64,000 nt of DNA from positions 2,848,001 through 2,912,000 of the forward strand of contig CBDDIJ010000003.1 in assembly GCA_965228855.1 (NCBI GenBank), given 5' to 3'. A program made the position numbers and the translations under genes. A model generated the notes under the pieces. That model did no database searches, had not been told where the DNA came from, and saw nothing but the letters and a program-made list of their open reading frames with translations. This DNA comes from Candidatus Obscuribacterales bacterium. Lineage in GTDB: Bacteria > Cyanobacteriota > Vampirovibrionia > Obscuribacterales > Obscuribacteraceae. Below are positions 48,336 through 58,778 of the stretch, in pieces. Position 1 is the stretch's first letter. Each line of letters starts with the position of its first letter.

Positions 48336-51300
48336 ATGTCTTCCCGTACAAGCGATTTATTGAAAGATAGCAAGCCGGAGCATCACGACTCCGGCTCTGA
48401 CGCGAATGCGCAGCCGTTATCTTTGACTTCGGTTTCTGATAAACCGAAATCGTCGCCTGCGCCGGCAAAAACAGACGTCGCCGCCGCCACGCCTGCCGCA
48501 GAAAAGCCCGCAGCGCCCACCCTTTCGACCGCTTCCTTGTTCACCGCCAGTCTCGCCAAGCCGACAGCCGCCGCCCCGATGTCGAAATTGGCTTCTCTGG
48601 TCAGTACCAACAACGAAGCCCAAACGAGATTCGAAGAGAAGAAAAGCGCCAATGTGTTCGAGCGCTTCGGAATGGGCGCAGTCGAAAACCTCAAAGGTCA
48701 GGCCCAGGGTCTGTCGGAGATGGCATTCGGCAAGCGCGACACCATGGACGAGCTCAACTCGACGTTGACCGGTAAGAAAACCGGCAACGAGCATGCCCTT
48801 ATAAATGTAACTAAAACGACCCTGACGGTCGGAGGCGTTGTCAAAGACCTGGCCGCCGACACCGTGGGACTCGGCGACGGCAAAACATCCGCCGCGCTCA
48901 GCCGAGCTATCACCAAAGCCAAAGATGATTTCAGCAAAGGCTCGCTCGGTGACAAAGCCGAGATGGCCGGTTCCGCATTCGCATTCCTCGGCACTCTTGC
49001 CATAGGTGGCGGCGGAACAGCAAAAGGCACCGCTGGTTTGGCGACCGACGTCAGAGCGATGCGCACCTTGATTCAAACAGAGAAACAGACCGCAGCTTTG
49101 ACTGAAGCTGTCAGCGGTATGAGAGCTCTAAGAGCGACAGAGAAAGTTGTCGCAGCCGTCGACCGCATGGCAGTCGCCGGAGGCGACGACCTCACAAGAG
49201 TTGCGGCAACTACAGCCAAGACGACCACAGTGGCACAGCCCGGAACCTTCACGCGTGCCTTCTCGTGGATGCGCGAAGAGGCAAGATCTCTCGCCAATAC
49301 CTTTGTCATGCCTGGAATGGAGCCGGCCTTGGCAGGCGGCGCGCCGATGCGCCTGTCGTCGCGCACGATTCCGACTCTCGAAAGAGCCCCGGGCACGATT
49401 CTCAGAGCGCCGGTTGAAGATGCAGCTCTCGCGGGCAAGAAGCTCGGCGCGACACCGCTATCCCGCATCGGCGGCACCGCCGACAACCTGGTACCCGGCG
49501 TCACCCGCACGGAAGTTAAGCTTCCGGGTCTTGTCGCTGACGCCAAGGGCACAGTGCCAAGACACGTAGAGGTCCCGACGCTCCGCCCGCACGCTGACGT
49601 TCCAACGGTCAGACCTGTTGGCGAAGCGCCGTCGGTTAGCATCACTCACGTCGAAGTTCCACCGGCCAAAGTCACAGGAGCTGTCGAAGTTCCACCTGTA
49701 AAGGCGCACGGCGTTGAGGTCAAAGCACCACACCGCGTCGAAACCCCTGCCGAAATTCCGTCAGCAAAATTGCCAAAAACAGGCGAGAACGTCGTCGACG
49801 ATGTCGCAACCAGAAAGCCGGCAACCACGGACGCGAAGGTCGCGCCGAAAACCGGCGAAACAGTCGTTCCGCCCGCTGGTGAAACAAAAATTGTCCCGCC
49901 CGCAGGTGAAACCAAAATCGTCCCGCCCGCTGGTGAGACCAGAATCGTTCCGCCCGCCGGTGAGACCAAAATCGTTCCGCCCGCTGGTGAAACCAAAATC
50001 GTCCCGCCCGCCGGTGAAACCAAAATCGTCCCACCCGCCGGTGAAACCAAAATCGTCCCACCCGCTGGTGAAACCAAAATCGTCGCTCCGACTGAAGTGT
50101 CGGCTCCCCGAGTTCCGGGCGCTAGCCACGTTGACGACGTCAAACCGCCAGTCTCACGTCTGGAAGATGCCAGCGCCGCTCCGAAAGCGCCTGCTTCCGT
50201 CATCGACGATGTTAAAACCGCACCGAAGACACCAGCAACGATCGTTGATGATGCGACGGCAGCACCGAAGACACCCGGCGCGAGAACCAATGCAGTCGAG
50301 CCGTTGAATCCTGCTGAGCGTCCGGCAGTCAAGCCGAGCGAAGTGCGCCCCACCGAAGTTAAGCCAGCAGAAGTTCGCGCTGTTGAAACGCCAGCTGTCG
50401 AAATTCGTCCGCTTGAAGTGCCTCCGTCTGCGGTGGCGCCGAAGCTGGAAGCCGGAGTCGCAAAATCCGTCGAAAACGTCGACCAGAGAATTGCTCGCAT
50501 CACCGAGAACCTGGCTGGACCGGAAGCTGCCGCCGTGAGAGAAAACCTCACGGTTCTGCAGACCAACACCCGCCAGCTGGTGAACTCGGCTGACGATGCC
50601 GCGAAAGTGAACGCAAATATCGATCAAGCTCTCAGAAATCTTGAAGTCGCCGTCGGCAAAAATCCTGTCGCAGACGATGTTGCAAAACTGGCTCGCGAAA
50701 CTCGCGAACTGCAGACTACGGTTAGCACTTCGCGGAACCTGGCGGTCGTCGAAAAGAACTCGCAGGTGCTTGTACAAACCGGCGATGACATCGCCCGTGA
50801 GATAACGGCGATCGGACCCAAAGCTGGTCCAGCAGCAGCTGACGATGTTAAAGAAATAGCTCGTCTCGGTCAAAATCTCGGCAAGGGCGCTGACGATCTG
50901 GTCATCGTCAAACAGATCAACGAACGCGTCTCCAACATCGCCCGGACCGGCGGACAGGATGTCGCCGACGATATCGCTCGCGCGCTCAAACCGAGTCTCC
51001 AAAAGGCCGAGGGCGCAGCACTCGAATCTGCAACAGCTAAAGCCGCTACAAAACTAGAACAGCGCGTCACTGCTCTGACGGAGAAAATGGCCGGACCTGA
51101 ATCGGCATTGGCTCGCCAGGACGTCGCCACCATTCAACGCAACGTTCAAAAGTTGCTTAGCGGCACGGATGAAGCGGCGGCGACAAGAAACATCGAACGC
51201 GCACTCACCGACTTGAGAAACAGTGGTGGCAATTCCAAGTATGCTGACGACATTACAAAGTTGACACAAGAGACCCGTGAAGTTCAGCAAGCAGTCAGCG

Positions 51301-54300
51301 TTTCACGTAACGCAGTTGCCGTCGAGAGAAACGCGCAGACGTTGGCGACCACCGGAAAGACTCTGGGTGACGACGCATTGCGACTTGGCGCAGATCCAGC
51401 GAAAGTCGCCGCCAAGGCTGATCTTGACGAGATCGCGCGCCTTAGCCAAAATCTCGGCAAGGGCGGAGACGATATCATCGCCGTCAATAAAATCAATGAG
51501 CGCATTGCTAACATCTCGAAAAACGTCAGCTCGGAAGTTGCTGATGACATCTCGCGTACACTCAAGCCTTCGATTCAGAAAGTCGAAGCCACCGCTATCG
51601 AAAACGGCACGCTCAAGTCAGCTAATAGACTCGAACAATCAATTGCCAAAGTTGCCGAATCGGTCACCGGTCCTGAAGGGGCGGCAATCAGAAACAATCT
51701 GGAAACGATTCAACGCGCTACTCGCGGTCTGGTCAACGGCACCGATAACGCAGCCGTGCATAGCGAAGACATCGCTCGTGCCATTAAGAATCTCGAAAGC
51801 GTCGGAGCAAAGACCGGTGCAGCAGATGATATTGCCAGAGTTGCTCAAGAGACTCGCGAACTTCAACAAACAGTCAGCGCCTCGCGCCGCCTGACCTCTC
51901 TGGAAAACACCACAAAAACCCTGGCCGGCGAAGGTCGCAACATCGGCGACGAAGCAGCAAGACTCAGCACCGTCCCTGGTGCCAAAGCTGTCAAAGGCGA
52001 CCTCGACGAAATCTCGAGACTATCCAATAACCTCGGAAAAACCGGCGACGACCTCGAAACAGTTAGAAAGATCAATGACCGTATCGCGAACATCGGCAGA
52101 ACCGGCGGCGCCGATATTGCGGATGATGTTGCTCGCAATTTGACGCCCAAAGTTCAAAGAGCAGAAGCGACAGCCGTTGAAGCGTCGCGCATGAAGTCAG
52201 CTCACACTCTGACCACCGCTGTTGAAACCGAAGCTAAAGCGGTCAGCGAAGTCACAAAAGACATAATTAAAGGACTCGACACGAAAACGACTAACGGTCG
52301 CGTTCTTCAACAACAACTACAAGCGATTCAGCGCACAGCAGACGAACTTCCGACCGCCGTCAATCCGGCAACAGAAGCTACTCGCCTGCGCACCATGGTA
52401 CAAGCGGTCGAGAAATCGGTCCCAGCTACCGAACGCGCGGCGCTGAAAGCGACCGTCAACAATCTCGATAACGCCGCAACCGAACTCACCGCAGTTCGAA
52501 CAATGGGTCAACAATCCCGAGTAATAGAGGAAGCAGCTACCACGCTTCGTGGCACCGTATCGAAATTCCAGGATGATGTCACCCGCGGTGCAGCGGTTGT
52601 TAAGCCTGGAACGGAAGAATCAGTAAGACGCGCAATCCAAACTGTCGAAACGAACAGCGCCTCAGTCACTTCAAAACTGGGCACTACTCAGAGAATCGAC
52701 AGCGAAGTTAGAGCATTACGCAATGCTGCAACTCAACTGGAAGAAGCCGGTCAGGTTCAACTTGCTCGCCAGGTCTCTACCGAAGTCAAAGCGCTCGAAA
52801 AGGCTGAGACCATTCGCGGACTCGAGATCACTTCGCAGCAAGGACCGATCCTCTCTAACATCGCTTACAATCAAACACTCGCGACTCGCACAATCGAACA
52901 GGTGGAGCGCGATCTCACCTCTTTGAAGGCATTCGGCAACATCAGAGGCGTCGGCAGACTCGACACCATCTCAGAATTGCATGAAAACCTTCAGATGCTG
53001 CGCTTCCTCGCGAAGAATGATGCGCGCTTGATGACCTATGTCGACGACGCCCAGCAAGCTCTGGCAAAAATCGAGATGTCCGCACTCAGCAAAGGCAGTC
53101 GTGCCCTCGACGCTAACACCAGCAAGCTTCTCGCCATGGCCGAAGCAGGCGATGTTCAAGCTCTCAACAAACTGTTTATCAGAGGTCTTCAGAGCGATAC
53201 ATGGAACATGCGTTCACTGGCGGCAAGCGCTTATTCAGAACCGGGTGCATTGCTCGGACGCATCGGCACTGCCGGTCTCAACAACATCACCGCCGCAGGT
53301 CGCGTAATGCTGCGACCGGAAGCATATGGAATTCTGGCTCGCTCGACCGGCAACGCCGCGATGGTCGCCGGCGGTGCCACCATGCTCTACGGCAACTTCA
53401 AGTATCACAGCCAACTGCTTTTGAACGCAATCGAGCGTCAAATGCAAGCAGCACCGTCCATAAGCGCAAGCACGACTCTTGAAAAAACACAGAGCGGCGA
53501 CGCCGACAGGTCAGTGGAGGCTTCTGTCTCTAATCCGGAATTGAGAGAAAGTCGCGATAACAGCCAAAATCCTGTCGATACAAACAACGATACGGACCGT
53601 CGCGCAGACCTCGACTTCGCTCCGAGCGTAGGTGCAATTTCAAGACGCATCAACTTCAGCAGCAACGGCACCGGCATCGCCGCTCGATTCAGCTTCTCGC
53701 CGGATGACCTGGACGCAGAACAAAAAATCGAATCGATTATTGAAACCGGTAAGATCCGCCGCTGGGCACAACTTGGCGTCACAGCTGTAGCGCAAGAAGC
53801 ACCGGTAACACAAAATATTCCAGTGGCAAGGTCAATCAGAATCAAAGGAGCTGACGGAGTTTCATCAGACCCGAATTCTCACCAGAAGACAGCCGTAACA
53901 AACTTCAGCTTCACACGCGCCATGGCGCTCACAAATCAATTAAAACTCATGACAGGCAACGGCGATAATCGCGGTGGTTCGAGCAGAGGCACTGGCACCG
54001 TATTCGGTGGCGGACCCAATCCATCGGCACCTTCTCTATCGCAAAACTTAAGAACAATGGTAGCGTACAACTCGCTCCGCACAGATGGTAATACTGCGTC
54101 GACCACACACCGCGAGAGCACCGAGGACAGTGGCATCGACCAATCAAGCTCTGGCGGCGGCAACACCGCGCCGCAAGGTCCTACAGTGGTTGCAATGCAG
54201 AGCAATCCGCCGGCAATGGTCACGGCATCAGCACCAACTTCCGTCTCGGCTAGTTCATCAGACCCGGACAATGGAGTTGATGATGCCACCGAACAGCAAG

Positions 54301-54308
54301 CAGTTTAA
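48336..54308 (+). CDS. Giant (1990 aa) repeat-rich orphan protein
   Basis: Single long ORF; no signal peptide; Pro-rich 9-aa repeats and three 192-aa helical repeats. Confidence 0.85.
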   Translation: MSSRTSDLLKDSKPEHHDSGSDANAQPLSLTSVSDKPKSSPAPAKTDVAAATPAAEKPAAPTLSTASLFTASLAKPTAAAPMSKLASLVSTNNEAQTRFEEKKSANVFERFGMGAVENLKGQAQGLSEMAFGKRDTMDELNSTLTGKKTGNEHALINVTKTTLTVGGVVKDLAADTVGLGDGKTSAALSRAITKAKDDFSKGSLGDKAEMAGSAFAFLGTLAIGGGGTAKGTAGLATDVRAMRTLIQTEKQTAALTEAVSGMRALRATEKVVAAVDRMAVAGGDDLTRVAATTAKTTTVAQPGTFTRAFSWMREEARSLANTFVMPGMEPALAGGAPMRLSSRTIPTLERAPGTILRAPVEDAALAGKKLGATPLSRIGGTADNLVPGVTRTEVKLPGLVADAKGTVPRHVEVPTLRPHADVPTVRPVGEAPSVSITHVEVPPAKVTGAVEVPPVKAHGVEVKAPHRVETPAEIPSAKLPKTGENVVDDVATRKPATTDAKVAPKTGETVVPPAGETKIVPPAGETKIVPPAGETRIVPPAGETKIVPPAGETKIVPPAGETKIVPPAGETKIVPPAGETKIVAPTEVSAPRVPGASHVDDVKPPVSRLEDASAAPKAPASVIDDVKTAPKTPATIVDDATAAPKTPGARTNAVEPLNPAERPAVKPSEVRPTEVKPAEVRAVETPAVEIRPLEVPPSAVAPKLEAGVAKSVENVDQRIARITENLAGPEAAAVRENLTVLQTNTRQLVNSADDAAKVNANIDQALRNLEVAVGKNPVADDVAKLARETRELQTTVSTSRNLAVVEKNSQVLVQTGDDIAREITAIGPKAGPAAADDVKEIARLGQNLGKGADDLVIVKQINERVSNIARTGGQDVADDIARALKPSLQKAEGAALESATAKAATKLEQRVTALTEKMAGPESALARQDVATIQRNVQKLLSGTDEAAATRNIERALTDLRNSGGNSKYADDITKLTQETREVQQAVSVSRNAVAVERNAQTLATTGKTLGDDALRLGADPAKVAAKADLDEIARLSQNLGKGGDDIIAVNKINERIANISKNVSSEVADDISRTLKPSIQKVEATAIENGTLKSANRLEQSIAKVAESVTGPEGAAIRNNLETIQRATRGLVNGTDNAAVHSEDIARAIKNLESVGAKTGAADDIARVAQETRELQQTVSASRRLTSLENTTKTLAGEGRNIGDEAARLSTVPGAKAVKGDLDEISRLSNNLGKTGDDLETVRKINDRIANIGRTGGADIADDVARNLTPKVQRAEATAVEASRMKSAHTLTTAVETEAKAVSEVTKDIIKGLDTKTTNGRVLQQQLQAIQRTADELPTAVNPATEATRLRTMVQAVEKSVPATERAALKATVNNLDNAATELTAVRTMGQQSRVIEEAATTLRGTVSKFQDDVTRGAAVVKPGTEESVRRAIQTVETNSASVTSKLGTTQRIDSEVRALRNAATQLEEAGQVQLARQVSTEVKALEKAETIRGLEITSQQGPILSNIAYNQTLATRTIEQVERDLTSLKAFGNIRGVGRLDTISELHENLQMLRFLAKNDARLMTYVDDAQQALAKIEMSALSKGSRALDANTSKLLAMAEAGDVQALNKLFIRGLQSDTWNMRSLAASAYSEPGALLGRIGTAGLNNITAAGRVMLRPEAYGILARSTGNAAMVAGGATMLYGNFKYHSQLLLNAIERQMQAAPSISASTTLEKTQSGDADRSVEASVSNPELRESRDNSQNPVDTNNDTDRRADLDFAPSVGAISRRINFSSNGTGIAARFSFSPDDLDAEQKIESIIETGKIRRWAQLGVTAVAQEAPVTQNIPVARSIRIKGADGVSSDPNSHQKTAVTNFSFTRAMALTNQLKLMTGNGDNRGGSSRGTGTVFGGGPNPSAPSLSQNLRTMVAYNSLRTDGNTASTTHRESTEDSGIDQSSSGGGNTAPQGPTVVAMQSNPPAMVTASAPTSVSASSSDPDNGVDDATEQQAV
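49866..50084 (+). repeat. 27-bp coding tandem repeat, about 8 units (VPPAGETKI)
   Basis: GGTGA(A/G)AC starts at 49878, 49905, 49932, 49959, 49986, 50013, 50040 and 50067. Confidence 0.95.
50455..52190 (+). repeat. Three diverged 576-bp (192-aa) coding repeats
   Basis: GPE anchor codons at 50517, 51093 and 51669; shared ETRE.Q, EI.RL..NLGK..DD, IN.R..NI, ADD. Confidence 0.9.
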
Positions 54309-54342
54309 CGCTGGCTGATACAGTTTTGAGCAGGCGTTACTT

Positions 54343-55608
54343 CTAAGCGCCGGCCTTCTTCATGATGAGAACAGTGTTGTGACCGCCGAACCCGAGCGCC
54401 TCAACCATCGCATGTTTCAACTTCATGGGACGGCTGGCATTCGGCACATAGTCCAGATCGCACTTGGGATCGGGGTTGATGTAGTTGATCGTCGGGTGAA
54501 CGATTTGCTCCTGCAACGAAAGTGCCGTAGCAGCTGCACCGATTGCTCCTGCACCGCCGAGCAAGTGACCGACCATGGACTTCGTGCTGGACATAGCCAT
54601 CTTGTAGGCATGTTCACCGAAAACGTTCTTCAAAGCGAGCGTCTCACGCTCATCATTTAACGGCGTAGAGGTGCCATGGACGTTGACATAATCTATGTCG
54701 GTAGGTTGCAATTCGGCGTCGCGAAGAGCTTCTCTCATAGCTCTAGAAGCACCGTCGCCGGTTTCATGTGGAGCGACTATGTGGCTCGCGTCGCAACTGG
54801 CTCCGCCACCGACGATCTCAGCGTAGATATGCGCGCCTCTTCGCAGAGCGTGCTCCATTTCCTCAACGATCATGATGACGGCGCCCTCGCCCAGGACGAA
54901 ACCGTCGCGGTCGATGTTGAATGGACGGCTCGCTGTTTGCGGGTCGCTGTTTCGCTTCGACAATGCCATCATGTTATTGAAAGACGCAACCGTGAAGCTG
55001 TTTATACACGCTTCGCAACCACCGGAAATCATTACATCGGCGCGATTGTCTCTTATGTACATAAAGGAGTCGAACAGCGAATCCAAGCCACTCGCACAAG
55101 CGGTTGAATCACTCTTAGCGCGACCGCGGGCACCATATTCGATGGCAACCTGTCCGGATGGCGCGTTCGGCATTAAACGAATTACGGTGCGCAGTCCCAG
55201 TTTCTTCGGTCCCTGCTCCATCAATCGAATATAGTCGGCAGTGGTTGTGATCAAACCGCCCACGCCGGTTCCAATGAAAGTTCCTACACGCTCAGAGTTG
55301 GTTTGCCGAATATCGAGCTTCGCGTCTTCCATGGCGAGCTTGGAAGCAGCCATCGCGAAAAGCGTGACTCGATCCATTTCCTTGAGCATGGACCCCCATT
55401 TTCGGCGGTCCGGATAAAAGTCAGCGATGTTGAAGTCTTTCACTTCAGCAGCAATCTTGACATCAAGCCCGATGTCGTCCGGATTGAACTGCGAAATATA
55501 ATTGACGCCGCTTCTTCCTTCGAGAAGCGCCTTCCAGCAGTCTTCTCGTCCGATGCCGACGGGCGTGACCATGCCGATGCCCGTGATAACAACTCTTCTT
55601 ACGTTCAT
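54343..55608 (-). CDS. fabF: Beta-ketoacyl-ACP synthase II
   Basis: RRVVITGIG, TACASG, DGFVLGEG, HGTST, KSMVGHLLG, GFGGHN; likely ATG 55608. Confidence 0.96.
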   Translation of the reverse strand: MNVRRVVITGIGMVTPVGIGREDCWKALLEGRSGVNYISQFNPDDIGLDVKIAAEVKDFNIADFYPDRRKWGSMLKEMDRVTLFAMAASKLAMEDAKLDIRQTNSERVGTFIGTGVGGLITTTADYIRLMEQGPKKLGLRTVIRLMPNAPSGQVAIEYGARGRAKSDSTACASGLDSLFDSFMYIRDNRADVMISGGCEACINSFTVASFNNMMALSKRNSDPQTASRPFNIDRDGFVLGEGAVIMIVEEMEHALRRGAHIYAEIVGGGASCDASHIVAPHETGDGASRAMREALRDAELQPTDIDYVNVHGTSTPLNDERETLALKNVFGEHAYKMAMSSTKSMVGHLLGGAGAIGAAATALSLQEQIVHPTINYINPDPKCDLDYVPNASRPMKLKHAMVEALGFGGHNTVLIMKKAGA

Positions 55609-55864
55609 TGAACGAATTAATCCTAAAGCGGTGCGCGGTAAATCAGTACTTCGACTGGGGTACGCATCCGATTTCGCTGCGTCGTTGCCAGAAGACTCTT
55701 GCATTCTACCGTGCTTTCACAGGCATAAGTGAGCTTCTGTCACAATAGGTGATATTTTTTTATTTTCCACAAGCCAATAATCAACGGCTTTTCCATATAC
55801 GAGAAACTGTCAAGCCATATCCACACGCAGTTTAAACGCCAGCATTCTAGACAATCTTCGCGTA

Positions 55865-56551
55865 TTAGGCGGAGCTTGCAACAGTGTCCGGCACGAGAGA
55901 ACCGCCACTTACGGTGCCAAATTGGGCCTCGTCTTGATAATCGAAATCGAGACAATCGAATTCATCATCCACGATAAGAACGCTCTTGTCTGCCGGACCA
56001 TCGTTTGGAATCGAAAAGTCTTCTGAGTGTTCGCCTTCAAAGCCGTTCATTAGAGGGTTCGACAACAGCAGTTTTGGACGCTCGAGCCGACCGGTGATTG
56101 AGTTCGGCAATTGAACCGGCGAACGGTTCATCTGCTCTTCGCGCACGTTGCGCTTGAAAGCAAGATCGAGCTGCTTGCCGATTGATTTGTAATTTGGTTC
56201 GAATTTCTCGACGTGATTCCAAAAGGTTTTACTGTGACTGGCTTCCAGGACGTGCGCCAGTTCGTGAATCACGAGATATCGACGACCACGTTCAGGGACG
56301 TTTTCAATCGCGTATCGCGAGAATGTGATCACCCTCGTTTTAAGGTTAATCTGGGCCAGGCGCGAGTATTTCGCTGAGCCTATGCGAATTCCGCCGAGCG
56401 TCACATTGAATGTGGCTTCGTTGAGACGCCGAACGTAACCTGTCATGAACGACTGATACATTTCGAGCGTTGAGTTGTCGAGCCCCGTAGAACCTTTACC
56501 GGTGGCACTGTGGCGGCTAACTGAGTATTTACTTGTATAGTTGTTTGCCAT
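55865..56551 (-). CDS. YgjP/DUF45-like (SprT/M48-type) metallopeptidase
   Basis: YLVIHELAHVLEASHSKTFWNHVEKFEPNY; likely ATG 56551. Confidence 0.85.
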   Translation of the reverse strand: MANNYTSKYSVSRHSATGKGSTGLDNSTLEMYQSFMTGYVRRLNEATFNVTLGGIRIGSAKYSRLAQINLKTRVITFSRYAIENVPERGRRYLVIHELAHVLEASHSKTFWNHVEKFEPNYKSIGKQLDLAFKRNVREEQMNRSPVQLPNSITGRLERPKLLLSNPLMNGFEGEHSEDFSIPNDGPADKSVLIVDDEFDCLDFDYQDEAQFGTVSGGSLVPDTVASSA

Positions 56552-56636
56552 GTGAAAATTAAAAAATGCTTTTAGATTTGACCGATTGCATAAAGATTCT
56601 ATATAGAAACTAGGTCCAGGTGAAGGATACTGAGAA

Positions 56637-57269
56637 TTGTCTAACGAAGCCGTTTCAGCTAGCCCTGAGTCCACGCTCGAAAACCTCACAGTCATCACAG
56701 GCGGTGCGCGTTCCGGCAAGTCTCTGTTCGCGGAACAACTGGCTCGAAACTCAGGTGAGCCTGTCAGTTACCTTGCGACGATGCCAAGGATTCCCGACGA
56801 CGCGGAGCTGGAATTCAAAGTCGAGATGCACAGGGTCAGGCGCCCCTCCAGCTGGAGCACGATCGAGGCGGAGCTTTCCATACACAAGGCGCTGGAAACG
56901 CTCCCTGCGGGTCCTGGAGTCTGCGTCATAGACTGCTTATCCCTATATGTGTCCAACATGATGCTGGACTCTCTTAAAGATGCCGATGTGTCGGTTTCAC
57001 CAGAGTTACTGCGCACGCTGGATCAACGGGTCAGCGAAGCCATCAGGATGCTGGCGGAAACGGTCCAGTCCCGACCGGACTGGAATTTCATCGTGGTCAC
57101 CAACGAAGTGGGCTGGTCCGTTGTTCCTGATAATAAGATGGCCAGGATCTACAAGGATTTGCTTGGCTTTGCCAATCAGACTCTAGCTACGAAAGCCTTT
57201 ACCGTTTATCTAGCTTGTGTGGGACTGCGCATTAAGTTGAAAGAAAACGGTGTCGGCAAGCTAGAATGA
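56637..57269 (+). CDS. cobU: Adenosylcobinamide kinase / adenosylcobinamide-phosphate guanylyltransferase
   Basis: ITGGARSGKSLFAE, YLAT, H..RR...W.TIE, IDCLSL, VTNEVG, NQ.LA. Confidence 0.95.
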   Translation: MSNEAVSASPESTLENLTVITGGARSGKSLFAEQLARNSGEPVSYLATMPRIPDDAELEFKVEMHRVRRPSSWSTIEAELSIHKALETLPAGPGVCVIDCLSLYVSNMMLDSLKDADVSVSPELLRTLDQRVSEAIRMLAETVQSRPDWNFIVVTNEVGWSVVPDNKMARIYKDLLGFANQTLATKAFTVYLACVGLRIKLKENGVGKLE

Positions 57270-57301
57270 GTTTATAGCTAAGCGCATAAGTTTTTACCTG
57301 A

Positions 57302-58297
57302 ATGCTCGAACCGAAATCACTGCACGACGACACACGCAACTCGCCGATGCACGACACTACAGAAGCGAAGAAACGGCTCGGTCCATCGGTTTGGATAAAA
57401 ATTCTGCGTCCAAGACAGTGGACGAAAAACCTTATCGCCTTTGCGCCACTACTATTCGCCGGTCGACTCGGCGATGTCGAGGCGGTAACAGCCACCACCT
57501 TTTGCACATTGTGCTTGTGCCTGGTGTCCGGCTCCATGTACATCGTCAATGACATTAAGGACCGCGAGAAAGATGCGCATCATCCGGATAAAAAATTCAG
57601 ACCGATCGCATCCGGTCTCGTACCGACCAGGTCAGCTTTAATAGTCGCGATTGCAGCGCTTGCCATCGGGTTAGTCGGCGGATTTCTGGTGCGACCGGTA
57701 GTCGGCTTCGGCTTGATGCTCTATGTGCTTCTTCAACTCGCTTACAACTACAAGCTGAAAAGTCATGCCATAATCGACGTGTTCAGCATAGCCTCGGGCT
57801 TCGTGTTGCGTGCCGCCGCCGGCGGTGCAGCCGCACATGTCGCACTTTCAGGCTGGTTCCTAATCTGTACGTCGCTCGGAGCCTTGTTTCTCGGTTTTGA
57901 GAAACGACGTCAAGAATTGCTCGTCCTGGGAGAGGATGCGAACGCTCACCGAAAATCTTTCGAGAAGTACTCATTGCCGCTAATTGATCGAATGGAATCG
58001 GTAGTGGTACCGTCTCTGGTGACGTCTTACTGTATTTACTGCTTCTTTTCACCAAGCGGTCAGTGGATGCTTTTAACTGCACCATTCGTGCTCTTCGGCG
58101 TTTTGCGCTATCAATTATTATCTACAAAGTATTCGTCAACCGGAGCACCCGAAGAAGTTCTTCTCAAAGACCGCTCTATTCAACTCTGCATTCTGAGCTG
58201 GCTCGTCATTTCGATCGGCGTCGTCCACGGCTGGATCCCAGACGCGATCACACATCTGGTCAGTGCCGTCGATTCGCTGGGCGTTCATCCTCGTTGA
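57302..58297 (+). CDS. UbiA-family decaprenyl-phosphate phosphoribosyltransferase-like protein
   Basis: LRPRQWTKN, YIVNDIKDREKDAHHPDKKFRPIASG, GFVLR, KRRQEL. Confidence 0.9.
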   Translation: MLEPKSLHDDTRNSPMHDTTEAKKRLGPSVWIKILRPRQWTKNLIAFAPLLFAGRLGDVEAVTATTFCTLCLCLVSGSMYIVNDIKDREKDAHHPDKKFRPIASGLVPTRSALIVAIAALAIGLVGGFLVRPVVGFGLMLYVLLQLAYNYKLKSHAIIDVFSIASGFVLRAAAGGAAAHVALSGWFLICTSLGALFLGFEKRRQELLVLGEDANAHRKSFEKYSLPLIDRMESVVVPSLVTSYCIYCFFSPSGQWMLLTAPFVLFGVLRYQLLSTKYSSTGAPEEVLLKDRSIQLCILSWLVISIGVVHGWIPDAITHLVSAVDSLGVHPR

Positions 58298-58362
58298 TTG
58301 GAACGCTTGCTGGTACCGGATCTGCTGTGAAGAAAACTTGCAGGCGGAGTGTCCGAATAGAA

Positions 58363-58734
58363 CTATGGCTCTGCAGTCTTCGGAGTACAGCGCAGCTCTC
58401 TGTCACCACTGGTAGGGTCTACAACTCGTTCGAATTTCCATTCAGAACTAATATCGAGAATCACAAGTTCGACCGTAGTGTTCACAATAGAGCCGCGCCC
58501 CAGGTGTCCGGCGAGGACCTTTCCATCGCTGTCGGCGACAGAAACGTGAATGTGGGGGCCATCACTACATACGGTGCCTGTAACCGAAACGATTTCGAAT
58601 GGTCCTCGTAAAACCGTAGCTTCGGGCTTCATGGCAAAACGGATGGAGGCAACTTTGAGCGAGCCGACCATCGATAGCACCACGCCCGCATCAATCTTTT
58701 CATCGCGAGCACAGTTCTCGATAAACTCTCGCAA
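58363..58734 (-). CDS. PPC domain (DUF296) protein; true start probably upstream
   Basis: VGSL, FEIVSVTGT, HIHVSVAD..G...AGHL, TTVEL. Confidence 0.88.
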   Translation of the reverse strand: MREFIENCARDEKIDAGVVLSMVGSLKVASIRFAMKPEATVLRGPFEIVSVTGTVCSDGPHIHVSVADSDGKVLAGHLGRGSIVNTTVELVILDISSEWKFERVVDPTSGDRELRCTPKTAEP

Positions 58735-58778
58735 ATCTGTCCCGGGAGTCAGCCGATAAGCCTTGTAATGTCCGGATT

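Noticed and set aside
49866..50084. Regular short repeats resembling a CRISPR array
   Set aside because: Units are contiguous 27-mers without unique spacers, in frame, and vary mostly at synonymous positions; no cas genes.
48383..54289. Many long minus-strand ORFs within the giant gene
   Set aside because: Antisense shadows caused by biased codon usage and repeats.
56552..56636. Cobalamin riboswitch upstream of cobU
   Set aside because: The region is short and AT-rich with no recognisable B12-box or conserved core.
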